From Haplodiscus bocki (Eukaryota), in NCBI GenBank assembly GCA_965655095.1, contig OZ296649.1, forward strand, positions 140,120,001 through 140,184,000: a stretch of DNA of 64,000 nt, in the 5' to 3' direction. Both the position numbers and the translations under genes were made by a program. The notes under the pieces are model-generated. The model was not told the DNA's origin. It did no database searches and saw only the letters and a list, made by a program, of their open reading frames with translations. Shown here in pieces: positions 25,754 to 37,600 of this stretch; position 1 is the stretch's first letter; every line of letters starts with the position of its first letter.

Positions 25754-28700
25754 GTTGTTCTGTAAACTAATTTAGTTTTGGGCCCAGAGCAAACCAACGT
25801 GCTATCGGGGTCCATCGTGGTATGTGGTTTCTTGAAGGATCTTCTCTGCTCGCACGTCGGCTGCGGAGCGTGGGTTATTTTGTTTTTAGACCCCGTAAGA
25901 CTCGATGTCATATCAACTACGGATTTGATCGGCTAACTTTGAGTCGGTTTCTCTTTGAGTAACAACCTTGAAGCATGTGGAGAATTGACCCGAATTCGAG
26001 GGCAGTGGACCACTCAATGCTCAACCCAACGGTAAACGGACGGCTATTTGAGTATTTTCTGGGACGGTTGCAAAATACTCCAATGGGTGGATACAGTGGA
26101 ACATATCTTGACCAAGAATCATTTCCACATCTCCATAACTCTACTTCTTCAGAGGAATCGGTTCTAAGTGCAGATATTGGACTTCTAATGATTCGACATC
26201 AATTACTTCAGTTTCAACGTTTAGGTCTTTCCTCAAATAAGGTTTGACCACAAAAGCAGGGCAACAGCCACCCGAATGAACCGGTGTCAACTTCAACTCG
26301 ACTTTTTGCGTGTCAATGGTTTGATATCAGTTAATCCTGTGAACTCTAAGTTTTAAAGGTCTTCCATGCACTTTCAATTTTCTAGCCAGTTTTTTGGAAG
26401 TCCACGAGTTACTGCATGCGGAATCACGGATGACAAAAACTTTTTAGCATGAAGGGATGATTGCAAATTGACCTCAGTTATCTGAAATAAGCCCTTAGCC
26501 TTCGTTACAGAAGGCATGCCGGGGCTCTCTTCTGGTTTGTTCGTAACAACAGTAACATTGTTTTCCGCAGTTAGCTTGGTTTTGTCAGTCTTTTCGAAGC
26601 GTTTTTGTGGAAAAATTCTTTCGAAGCCATGGAGAAAGGTACTGTGAGTGCTTGAACACCCGCAGTTTTGGGAATTTTTGAAACGAATGTTGCCCATTTA
26701 AGCCCTGAAAACAAAGTTTGTTGTCTGCAACCAGTTTCGTCCGCTGGTTAGGAGTCTTTTTGCGGAACACCGATCAACTGCATAAGGGGGTTTTCATTTA
26801 CAAGCAATACAACTATTGGGTCAATTGTCGGCTTTTTCTCCCATTGACGGTGTTTCGCTGCAACTGGTGGACGCAAAAATTTTGCTTTCGTTCTTCGTTC
26901 TAGTGACATTAGCATGTGGATTGCTATCTTCCGTTTTCAGTTTTCCAGAGGACAATTTCATTCTTTCATGTGCCTCTGCTTTGTCCTTTAACCAGTCATT
27001 GATTTCAAGTATTGTCGGACGATCCCAGTTCTTCCTCACGGTATGTATGGACCAAGCTTCTTTCAAACTTGGTGGCAGCTTGTGTGTTGTGTGGCCTAAA
27101 GGTGATGCATTGCAGAGATCTTGATGGTAGTGCAATGACCGAAAAACTCCTACCAAGGCGGAAATTGTCGCAGAATAACTGATCACACTTTCACTGTTAT
27201 GCATTTTCAATGGCGGGAAACTGCTGAGTTTGTCCAAGTGAGCACTCACTACTGCCTGTGGCTGTCCGACTTTCCGCTTTAATGTCTTCAGAGCGTCCTT
27301 GCACATAGTTCCGCAGTAAGCAAACTATGCAGTCGCCGTCTTCGCCTTGCCAGTCACTAGATTCTCCAAGTACGTCAGTTTAACATCGTTCGTTAGCGGA
27401 GTTGAGTCAATGGCCGAACCAACTCTTAAACAGGCCGAACCACTCTTGCCCTTGTCAAGGATCTCCGTTGTATTGCGCCAGTTTCCACTGGGGAAGCTGT
27501 TCTTTTCTTGAAGACGTCATCAGTTGGGCCAAATTTTGTACCGTAAAAGCAGTAGGTTCCGTTCGAGGCATTGCAATAGACCCAGTTGGTACAACTTTGT
27601 GTCCTCCAACGGTCATCAGAGCAGCTGAGGAAACGTTTATCGGTGTAGCACTCCCTACAAGGTTAGGTCCTGAGGGTGGAGTCAAGTAGTAAACAGTACC
27701 ACCACTTGTTACGGGAACTACTTGTGGAACATAAGCGTTGTTGTCACTATCAGTTATTGGTGCTCCTGAAAGACCTTGCGGAGCCGACTGCGATATGGCA
27801 ACATGTGGCACTGAACAACCGGTTGTGAGAAAATTGTCAGAAAAACCGATTTTGACGTGGCTATCTGTTCAGCTATCAATGACACAAGATCACGATTCCA
27901 TGGTTCTGGTTGCAGTTTAGCGCCGTTCGGTTGGACGAACACTGGGCATGGTTTATTCGGGGCTGCTTCGAATAAGTCAGATTAGGAACGAAAGGCGGAG
28001 TAATGTTAGGTCTACCAAATCCAGTCGCGACGTCAGAACAAGCCCCCATTAGAGACCCTGAGCTCGTTTCCCTTTCTACTCTGGAGTCCTGCAGCTGAGC
28101 TCGATTTGCAACTTCGGATGAAGCGTTAGTGACCCAATTATTCAGTCCTACAGATTTTACACTTTGACTGGTCGAACTAAGTTCGCAGGGATTGGCTGTT
28201 TTCTAAGACATCTTCGGTTAGTTCTAATTCAGTCAATGTTGCTTCCGCCAGTTTCCTTCTAATATCTTCCTCCATTTCAGCAAACATCAACGCTTGTTCT
28301 TTTCCCATTCGGTCTTTTTCTTGCTCTAGACGCTGTTTTTCATGCGTGAGTCGCTGGCGGTCAAGTTCTTGCTTCTGTTGAGCCAGGCGCAACATAATTT
28401 CGTTCTGTCTCTCAGTCTCTTCGCCTCGGTGTTTTGCAATGAGAAGTTCTCGTTGTCGCTGGCTAGATGTCTTAGAAATTCAAAAAGTGGACGTTTTGAA
28501 AGTCTGGGAAACAAACTTGGGTTTCGAAGCGGTTTTAACGGAAGACTGAGAAGTCTTTTCCGTTTCAGGAAGGCCATCGATATACTCAGGGGCTTTTTAA
28601 AACTTCGTCGTTTTCCACAGTCACGTCACTCCTCCAGCTTTCCAAGTCATTTTTAAATGCATCGGGGTCTGTGGTTTTGTCTGCGAAAGAGTAGAGTAGC

Positions 28701-28882
28701 TTGTGTTCAACAATTGCTTTGGTCATTCCTTCTCCACCCGATTTAACCAAACGTTCAACTCGTACTTTCCTTTCTGCTTTATCCATTAACTGTTGCAGGT
28801 ACTTTTTCAACTCTGCTTCCGCTTTAGTGCGACTTTCTTTATGTTTTTTCACTTTTTCGGATTGTGAATCAGCCATTTTCAA
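25745..28882 (-). pseudogene. BEL/Pao gag-protease polyprotein remnant, ending just before RT
   Basis: Coiled-coil N-term (28177-28882), LPQWKLAQYNGDP...VKLTYL..LVTGKAK (DUF1759-like), ORF 26821-27306, decayed Cys/His knuckles ~26,640-26,820, protease VIRDSACSNSW (~26,400-26,435), pre-RT DIESYG..ETTYHDG.R.HVGLLW..LQNN. Confidence 0.88.
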
Positions 28883-29144
28883 TGTATTACAGACAATAAA
28901 AAGCAGGAAACGAAAATTTATCTTTTGTTATTCTTTTGTTAAAAGTCGCTACGAGGTAACAAAGGTTTTTTGCAGACCGTGTTACGTAAACAGAAGTTTC
29001 CAAGGCCTTAGGACTTTAACCGGTCAGCGAAGTCTGGACATCATCACTAAGGCGAATGGAGAGTGGGGGGATGACCTTTCAAGGTATCAACCATTCAACG
29101 AAGCCTGGATGCAAATGCAACAAGGAAAAGGAAGCGAGGGCTTA

Positions 29145-29770
29145 CAAAAGCGAAGAAGTGGAGGTCGTCTTCTTTTGAGCGTTTCTGGCACGCTCACTAG
29201 GTCGTTTCGGTCAGCTTTTAGCGGTAATTGAGGAAAGATCACTTTCTTTCCCAAGATAAAATCATTTTCTTCAATTCAATCTCAGGACTCTGGTGTAATG
29301 CCTTCAACTGGTTCAACAGATCGGATCAGTTTGCTTTCTAAAGGAAATAAAATTTTTCACAATGCTGAACGCTTGAATAGAATTGCTTTTTTTCTAATTC
29401 TTTAGGTGAATCAAAAATATCGGGCGCACAGTCACGCCGGCAATACACAAGAGCACTGAGCTTGTCTAGAAGAGTTTTTATTACGTTTATCAAATCCGGT
29501 ACTGATACGGGTCGGTAATTAATCCTTTCATGTTTACAAAAGCTGTTATTCAACACATCGTGCCAAACAACAATCTCAGTTTTATCTTTCAGATTTTTCG
29601 AAAGTAAATTTTTCACTGTTTTTTTCGGGTTTTTCGCGTAAAGATTAAGACTTAGGCCCGGGATAGCGTAAACTTCATCCTTGTATTTTGATAGTTGTTC
29701 AGGGTTCAACGCATCTATCGCGTTTTTCAACTACTTTCTTGCAAAAACGTGTTTTAAATGAAAATTCGTG
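29145..29770 (-). pseudogene. SGNH/GDSL-hydrolase-fold-like ORF upstream of Pao gag
   Basis: HVFA../VYAIPGLS/IVVWHDVLNNS/ALVYC and, after a frameshift, KALHQSPEIELK; block order parallels SGNH blocks I, II, III, V; basic C-terminal tail. Confidence 0.45.
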
Positions 29771-30026
29771 GCCTTAGAGAAAAGAATAGGATCACTGGGA
29801 AAATATCACGGGGCGTGAGAACAAAAATGTGGAATTTTCGGAAAATTTTCCGAAAACGTTTCTAAATGTCTTGCAATCGAAAAATTAAAATACAGGACCG
29901 CAAAGGTTTAAAGTTCGAGGTTATTCAAACGGGTACCACAATCCTTTTGTCGCATCTCGGGTTCCCATTGGTCCAATGCTTATCAGGTCCATATAATTCA
30001 TGTGGATATTTGTTTTGTCTCTGCAG

Positions 30027-30349
30027 ATGAAGACGTGGGTTCAGACTTAAGTTCAGGTACACAAACAGGAGCAGGTTCAGCATTTGTCATAGCAGCTTCC
30101 AGGGAAAGACCCTTCGNNNNNNNNNNNNNNNNNNNNNNNNNNNNNNNNNNNNNNNNNNNNNNNNNNNNNNNNNNNNNNNNNNNNNNNNNNNNNNNNNNNN
30201 NNNNNNNNNNNNNNNNNNNNNNNNNNNNNNNNNNNNNNNNNNNNNNNNNNNNNNNNNNNNNNNNNNNNNNNNNNNNNNNNNNNNNNNNNNNNNNNNNNNN
30301 NNNNNNNNNNNNNNNNCATCGTTTGTACGGAGAGCAGTCAGTGTTGAAG
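30027..30349 (+). CDS. Probable internal host exon split by the assembly gap (123 nt without Ns)
   Basis: Acceptor TTTGTTTTGTCTCTGCAG| ending 30026, donor AAG|GTAAGT at 30349/30350; with Ns removed 90+33 nt form an open phase 1-1 exon DEDVGSDLSSGTQTGAGSAFVIAASRERPFASFVRRAVSVE. Confidence 0.6.
30117..30316. other. Assembly gap (200 N)
   Basis: Run of exactly 200 n, a typical arbitrary scaffolding spacer. Confidence 0.99.
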
Positions 30350-30710
30350 GTAAGTGACTATTGCATAGTAAATAAATACAGAGGTCAGCAGCACTGTCGT
30401 GGACTGATGAAGAATTCCACAAATAAGTTCAGCAAAATACAAAAGAGCCCCAAAGGTATCCTATGGTGATGTGGCAATGGGGTGACAATTCGCGTTTAAG
30501 TGTAGGTCAAGAACCTTCAGAACGAAATGTGAGAACCCAAAGTAAGAATCAGCCAAAACTTTGCCATTAAAACCAGTTCGGACTAAACCATGAAGAAACC
30601 AGTGGGTGAGCTCGTTGAGAAAATGTCATGAGAACCCTGCGATCCAAGGATGAAAAAATGCCAGGATTTAAGAAATCCAGAGAAAGGGTATAAAAATTCC
30701 AGCGTCAACA

Positions 30711-30728
30711 ATCCACTTCCTTTCATCT
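30711..30728 (-). promoter_or_regulatory. Polypurine tract before the 3' LTR of copy B
   Basis: - strand AGATGAAAGGAAGTGGAT directly followed by TGTTGACG (LTR-type TG start). Confidence 0.55.
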
Positions 30729-30799
30729 AACATCTAAAGCTTTAGTTTTATAAAATATTACTGGGTTTTTTCATGAAACAATACACAATACAGAGAAGT

Positions 30800-33620
30800 T
30801 GATTTCAATGCTAAGTTCAAGGATGAAGAAACACCATTTAAAGATTTTCCCAGAAAAATGTAGGTGTTTTTCCGTTCTCTGATGTTTTCCGGAAGTAAGT
30901 CCACAAAATTGTGCGTAGGAAGTTATTTTCAGATGTCGTTTTAATTTTTGCAGAGTTGACATGTTGTGAGCAGTGAGCAGAGTGAATTTATTGAATCGTT
31001 CTTTGAGGTTGAAAGATTTTTCTCATGATATGCAAAGCACCTCGCTGATGCCGTTGTATCTCAATATTGGTCCTCTGAAGATGTATTTTTAGCTTGCAAA
31101 AACGATTTTTGAACTGTAGTGAACATGCAAATCATCTGTGACTGACGCGGACTCATCAAATTAGTAAGCAACGTTATCGATTGTCGAGAGATCAAACTAT
31201 GAAAAAAGGTAGTGTCAGGAGATTAATTTCTTAGAAGAAGGTTTGAAAGTTTTAGGGTTGTCAATTCATCCGTATACTTCATAGGGTGGTGAAAAATCTC
31301 AACTAACGGTTGATGAAAGTCGGCTGGACTAAGTTCTCACAAAAGTCCTTTTAAATGCTTGAATCATCAACTTTTCGAAACCTTTCGATATCAACCTTCG
31401 GCAGATAGTCAGAGGAAGCACTTATAACATGATTTTGATTATTAAAAATGAAACAGGAAGATGGCGAGGAGTCTGTCAGTATCAGTATGATCATCAAAAG
31501 TAAGTTTTACAGAGTTTTTCAAAAAATGAAGTTGGCACCGTTGAAAACTTATGAGGTTGCAGAAATCATTTGCAATTGTATTATTGTCAATCTGAAGAGT
31601 GTGACAGTATCTACTGAACGGATTTCAAAATGCAGGCTATGTGGTACGTTTTCTCACGGGCGAAGCTCTTGGAGTTTGATTGATGCAACCAGGGCTAGAA
31701 GAAAGCATCAATTGCCGGTGGATAGGGGAAAAGAGTCTCTGAACATAACAATGATAGAAGTTACAGAAAAGCACAATTCGATACTAAAGAACTGATTTTG
31801 TTGAAATCTTCGAAAAGATCAATCATCTAAAACCAGAAATCTTTACTTTAATTTCGGTAATTTTTTTTCAGGAAAAACAGATTTGTCAACGATACAAAAT
31901 TTTGAAAAACTAAATTTGAACTTTTTCTACTTTAGATAGGACTTTTCCTTCTGAAAATTTTCAATGTTTTCCATATATCAAAAGAGTTTATACAACTTAT
32001 TAAGGAGGATGGTCAGTAACAATTTGTTTCAGTAATTTTGCAGGGGATTGCATATCATTCAAAGAATGAGGAAAATTTGTAAAGCTTTTTGAGGGTTTGA
32101 ACATGAATTGTAAGCGACGTGACATTCATGCGGAAATTTTTTTAGGTTTTCAATATCGATTGAGTCAGTATTGAGAGACTTATTTGAGTTAAACAGTTCC
32201 TCAGTTTGGCGGACCATAATTAACATTTTCCGAAGTTGTTCAGATTTCAAAGTGGCTTAGAATTCATTTTCAGTATTCAATTCTCGTAGGTTTTTTTGGT
32301 TGGCTTGTGCAACATCTGAATAGGATTCAGCCTGAAAAGTAAGACGATAAAGTTTTTCTTAAATGTATCTGATAAACTGAGCAGCTAAAATAGCAAATCG
32401 GTGTGGGTATAGTGTTGTGATGACGAAATTTTCAAATTTCGCAGTACTTTTTCATTCAAAGGCTGAGCAGATACTTTTGTCAAATCGGAATTTGGGTCTA
32501 ACACTATGGTTTCATTACAGTTTTCGTCAATTTTTTCGGAGTCGGGGGAGAAAACATTTTCATGTAAAATGAAGAACAGTCTACCAATTCCTGTTGTAAA
32601 TAAAGGAAATGTTTCATTGAGTCATAGTTTCTCAGTAAGACCATTGTAAACTCGAGTTGCATTTTCAAAAAAAAACTGGATAGAAAAGGGCATTATGAGC
32701 TTTTGTGTATAGAAAAACATGATTGTTGTAGTGTTTCTCGGACGGATTAGCCCATTAACGTTTAAACGTTTCAAGATGGACACGTTTCTTTATTAACAAT
32801 GCCGAAACTTGGAATTCATTCATCGGTTTTTGAAACAAAAACCGAGGAGGGAGAAATTTAAAATGCAGTTTGAAATTGCTTTGTTGCTTTGCAACCCAGT
32901 AATTATATGGAGCTAGTTGTTTAGACGCTCATGAACCATAATGATCAATATTTCGAATCGGAACAACATGAAACCATATGGTTTACTTGTGGTTTTTACA
33001 AATGAGAAAAATAAATAGAAAGTTTAGGAACTAAAGAATCATCTCGATGTTATAAAGTATTCTGTGTAGGAATCAGATTGGGTGGCAAAACTTTCGGAGT
33101 CAAAAATTGAAAGATCTCTCAAAATTTTCTATTTCCCTTTATAGGATCTTGTTGAGTCCGGTTCACATGTTTCTTGTGTTTCGATTCACTGCTGCAGAAT
33201 TATTTTGAACATCGATAGAAGTATTTGGAGCTTGTTTTTGGACTGCCATTTGGCGAGCCAAAGAGAAAAATTGACAGTCCAGGAAAAATTGTGCTTCAGT
33301 TCGTGTTTTCTCTGTGAAGTTCCAGAGAGCGATCCTTGTAGTGAATCATCTTCATTATTGGCGTTACCCTTGATAATTGTACTTTCTAGCAGCTGAGGTT
33401 AGAAGTCTGTTTGTGGAGGGAAACATCCAGAAGATTTTGCAGACAAGCTCCAATGAGATGCTAAAAATTCTGACAAAATGAATAACAAACGGAGCTAGCC
33501 GACGCCGGTAGAGAGGTAGTTCGACCAATTGTAATTGATGATGGTGGAACTTCACTTCGAAAGTGGAAGGAAGAATCGCTTTGTAAGTTTGGTGTGTTAA
33601 AACTCAATAAATAAAAATTC
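30800..33620 (-). pseudogene. Uncharacterised ORFy downstream of env (copy B)
   Basis: Ser-rich start near 33,600; VISASSDYLP at ~31,399-31,428 matches VIYASSD*LP in copy C (~50,331-50,360). Confidence 0.45.
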
Positions 33621-33799
33621 ACGGAAAAATATAAAAGTCACAACAGTGAAAAATTTAGAACTATTAGTTGAAAGTGTTGAAAGGTTGACAAAACTCTCAT
33701 TTGGTTATTTTGCAGTGCAGTTACAAACTGGGATCGATGTCACTCAGAACCGGAATAACATAGTTGGAGATCAAATTCAGGAGATACTTCTGAAATGCA

Positions 33800-34600
33800 A
33801 TTCTTTAATCAACCTCAGAAGTTAGAGGAGAGAAGTAAAACATCAGTTTTATTCTAATCATGCAACCAAAAATAATTTGTCATTCTCATTACTTTCAGTT
33901 GAAGCTTTTCATAATCTTTATTGGGATATGGCTATGGGGTAGTTGGGTAGTTTTTGGATTATATATTTTTTCAATGATGTTTTGAAGGAGTTTCTTTTCT
34001 AATTTGGTATTTGCATTAATAGTAATTCTCTTATAGTTGTTATGTTATAACCTATACACACCGTAAGTGAGATTGTTCAGTTTTGTTACAGCAGGAGGAG
34101 TTTAAATTGTTTTAAGTGAACTTTGATAACTTATGCTATCAAGATACTTGAACGAGACAGCACAGAATAGCTAATTGAGGTCAGCACTATCCATATAAAT
34201 AGGATTTCGGATAAAGTGTTTACCTACAGTGGAATCCAAGTCTTTTGGTCAAGGCATAGCTTCAGTGTGCCAATCCAAGCGTTCAGCGAGATGATGTTTG
34301 TCATGTGCGCCTTGAGCCCAAAATAATCCTTGTTTCTCGACAGTGGCTGAGCAGCAAAAAACGTTATTGCGTTTTGCTTTTGCTCCTTCGAATGCAGAGT
34401 CACTGGTTCTAGTTTTATCAAAATCAGATTTTGGTTGAAAACTTTCTCAAAAATTGTTAGGCCAGTTGCCTCATTTTACACTGTCGTGATCAATCATAAA
34501 GATTAATTTGTAGTGGGAAAAAAATTAGGTCATCAGTTTAAACCAGGTTATAGGAGCCAACGTTTTGAAGAACTTGCAGAAAGCAGAGTAATATAGCTAA
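33800..34600 (-). pseudogene. env 5' fragment (copy B)
   Basis: VFCCSATVEKQGLFWAQGAHDKHHLAERLDWHTEAMP*PKDLDST, homologous to copy A2 ~23,680-23,830 and copy C ~53,880-54,000. Confidence 0.7.
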
Positions 34601-37600
34601 ACTGGAGTGGAGTCCTTCAATTTTTTTTCAGTAATCAGTTCTGTATTTTTGACCAGAGATGTTTTTGTGAAAATTTTAGTCTCCCTTTTGATGTTTGAAT
34701 GGATGATCGTCAATAGAAGTAAACTGCAGACTTTGAAAACGAAGGGATAAAGGAAAGTTCCTTGTTTGATCTCGTTGAGGTAAATATGGGCTGCAGATTT
34801 AGCCCAAAAAAGACTTGGTGTGACTTTGAATTTCATTTCAGAATTATTTTGAATTGTCGATTTGGCGTTCTAATACGATTGACGTAAGAACATTGCAGAC
34901 AATTTGTGACTCAATGTAAAGGGAAGGTTCGATATCATTGATCTTGTCTCTGATAATGAATAGTTTGGTTACCTAGAAAGAGTGAAACTCGAAAAAAATT
35001 AGATGTACGTGATCTAGACATTTCATCGGTTGAATGATTTGAAGGACCAAGTTTATGTAATATATCAAGAGAAGAGACTGTTTCATGGTTTCCTACGACT
35101 CAATTGAAAGAATGACATGGATGTTCAATGCGAGAAACTTCGATACCAGACGAGAATGGGCGCGAAACCTCCGTTTAAGGAAGTGGTGAATTTAATTGGT
35201 CAGAAAAAAATATCGTTCGTTGTGCATTGTGACTCAATAAGGTAAAGACGGAACTAGATGTTGATCTTACAATTGATTAGGAAGATTGTTGTGGTCAAGA
35301 TCTTTAAATATTGGGACGTTTCGTTGTTTTAGTGGAAGATTTCTAAGTAACTCCAGATCGGGATTCAGATGGTTCTTGTTTCAATAAGTCATAAACTAGT
35401 GGTCGATAATAAGCTTTCAGAGATTTTAGGATAGAGAAATCAGAAATTTTCACAACTAAAATCTGAGGCGATTTTGGAAGGAGTCGTTTTATGTTGTTTC
35501 TTCACAGAGGAAGTACATTCATCGGGTTCATTTTTTGGTAAAAGAGTCATAGGTATTGAGTACGACCAAATGATTATATTGATTACTTTCCATGTTTGAA
35601 GGATTTAGATATTTTAGCTAAATTTTCAGTCGAAGTAATAGGAAGAGGCGGTAATGGAAAGTCAGGTGGATTAGTGTCAGAGGGTTTCGGGATAAGAATA
35701 GATCTAAAGGTGAAAGCTGGAGCTACCAGTTTTGATGACAAAAGAGGTCTTTCCACAGTTGAAAAAAGAGATTTGTGATGTTCCAGAGGGAGCGTTCAGA
35801 GTTTCAGGACTGGTTGAAGGTGTAGTAGTCTCCTAATCTAGGATTTTTGAATCGTTGATCGTTGGCGGAATTAGGTGGAACAGGAGGTAGGTTAAAATGA
35901 TTTTGAGACACGTCAGTGGTTGAATCCAAAAATACGTCAGTATCGGAGAAAAGAATGTGTTCGTTGGAGTTTATTGGTTCAAATGTATAGGAAGAATCTT
36001 TAGGAACAGTGGAATTAGAGATAACGATTGTGATTATGTTTTGAACCATTTATTCGAACAAGGAAGTAGTCATCAGTTTGTTTCTCAGGTTCTTGAAGTA
36101 CTTTCTGAAATGAACGGCCAAGTGTTGCGTTTATGAGACAATAGGCACAATCTTAGAAGAAACTTCTAGATGTTTTGGCAAAAACGTTCCATAAACAACT
36201 GGTTCCGAAGAGGTTGTTGCGAAAAAGTCTTATCTGTCAGGATTGGAGGGTGACGGGAGGGAGAGGCGATAATCCTTTTTCGATTGAGGTTGTAAATTTT
36301 TTTCAGCTCCACACTCCACACGATTGATTGAACGTCGGTAAGCTGTTAAAATACAGAGGAGAACTAGATTAGTTAGGGGAAGACATCATGATAGTTGGCG
36401 AAGCAACGTTATCAGGAGGGTCAAAAAATCCGGGAAAGTTACTGAGTGAATGTACTTGGATGATCTAAGTTTCTGACAGCAATTTTCAGCATTTGACTTT
36501 AATCTTTTGTCGTAATCGAAGTATCATCATTTTTGTTTAAAGGACGATCATCATCAAAAAGATCACCAATGTTATCATCAATGTCAGTGGAACTTTTTTT
36601 ACTTCACGGACATTCTTTTTTAATGTATCAGGATCTTTTGGTAAAACATATTTTGGGTCATTATATGAATCTAAAGAATGATCAATTCTTGAAACTCGTC
36701 AGAGCAGCTAGGAATTCAACGATTTTTTTGTGTTTGAAAAGTAGGATCATCATTTGTTAAAAATTCTAAGTTACATCATTAGGTTTGCTTTTGATTTCGA
36801 AAAGACTATTCGAAAGAGGTGTTAATTTATCAGAAAAAAGAACTGCTTCAAACTTATGATGTATTAGAAAAGAACATTCGGGTAGTGATTTATCAGGCTC
36901 AGTTGTTTTCCGCTGTGTAAATCTGAATATTAGTTCTTTTCAGTGGAAACTGGCGGGCTTTTGATTGAACTTGTAGCATTTCAGTTTTGACAGCCATAAA
37001 TCAATACGAAGTTAACTATCGTGTACTATCAAATAAAAAAGTCATAAATGTTTTGATAGTGTGAAAGAATTGGTAATAAAGAACAAAATTGTGCATAAGC
37101 TTCATGCAGATGACTCCTTGAAAGATTTAACTGAAACTTGAGCAAACTACGCGGTTGCAAATGAGAAGCACTTTCAAAGAGAGAGATGAAAATTGCGACC
37201 TTGGTTGAGTGTTATGTGGATCAGCCAAGAAGTGATTTTGGATAGACCGCTTTTCAAGGAATTAACGTAAAAATGTTCGTGTATGTGTTCCAAAGTTTTG
37301 GTTTTGAACTTTAACAAGTCCGTTTGTCCAAAACGGTTGTGAATCTCTTGCAGAAGGACCTAAAATGAAAAAAACAACAACAATACGTTACTTCAGTAAA
37401 AACGTATTCGGTTCTACTATCGGTAAGGCGATACTGAGTAGTACTAAGTTTAAAAACCCACCGATGTATTGAAGCGTTTTCAGCGGTAAGGGCATTCTTT
37501 GGAGTAAGCACTGTTACGATGTGTTTGCCCACATGTGCAATAATGAACTGAAAGTGTTGATGTCTCTCAGGAGCAAGGTTCAATGGACCTCTGGTGTCCA

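Noticed and set aside
28701-29231. Longest + strand ORF (176 aa) and other antisense ORFs such as 28342-28656 and 47290-47733
   Set aside because: Shadow frames opposite recognisable gag sequence; no motifs.
29955-30000. Possible Pao PBS/LTR boundary
   Set aside because: Only weak similarity to a tRNA-Gly-type PBS and no paired LTR to confirm.
30002-30469. ORF-track proteins spanning the N gap
   Set aside because: Open only because Ns translate as X; only the splice-bounded part is considered.
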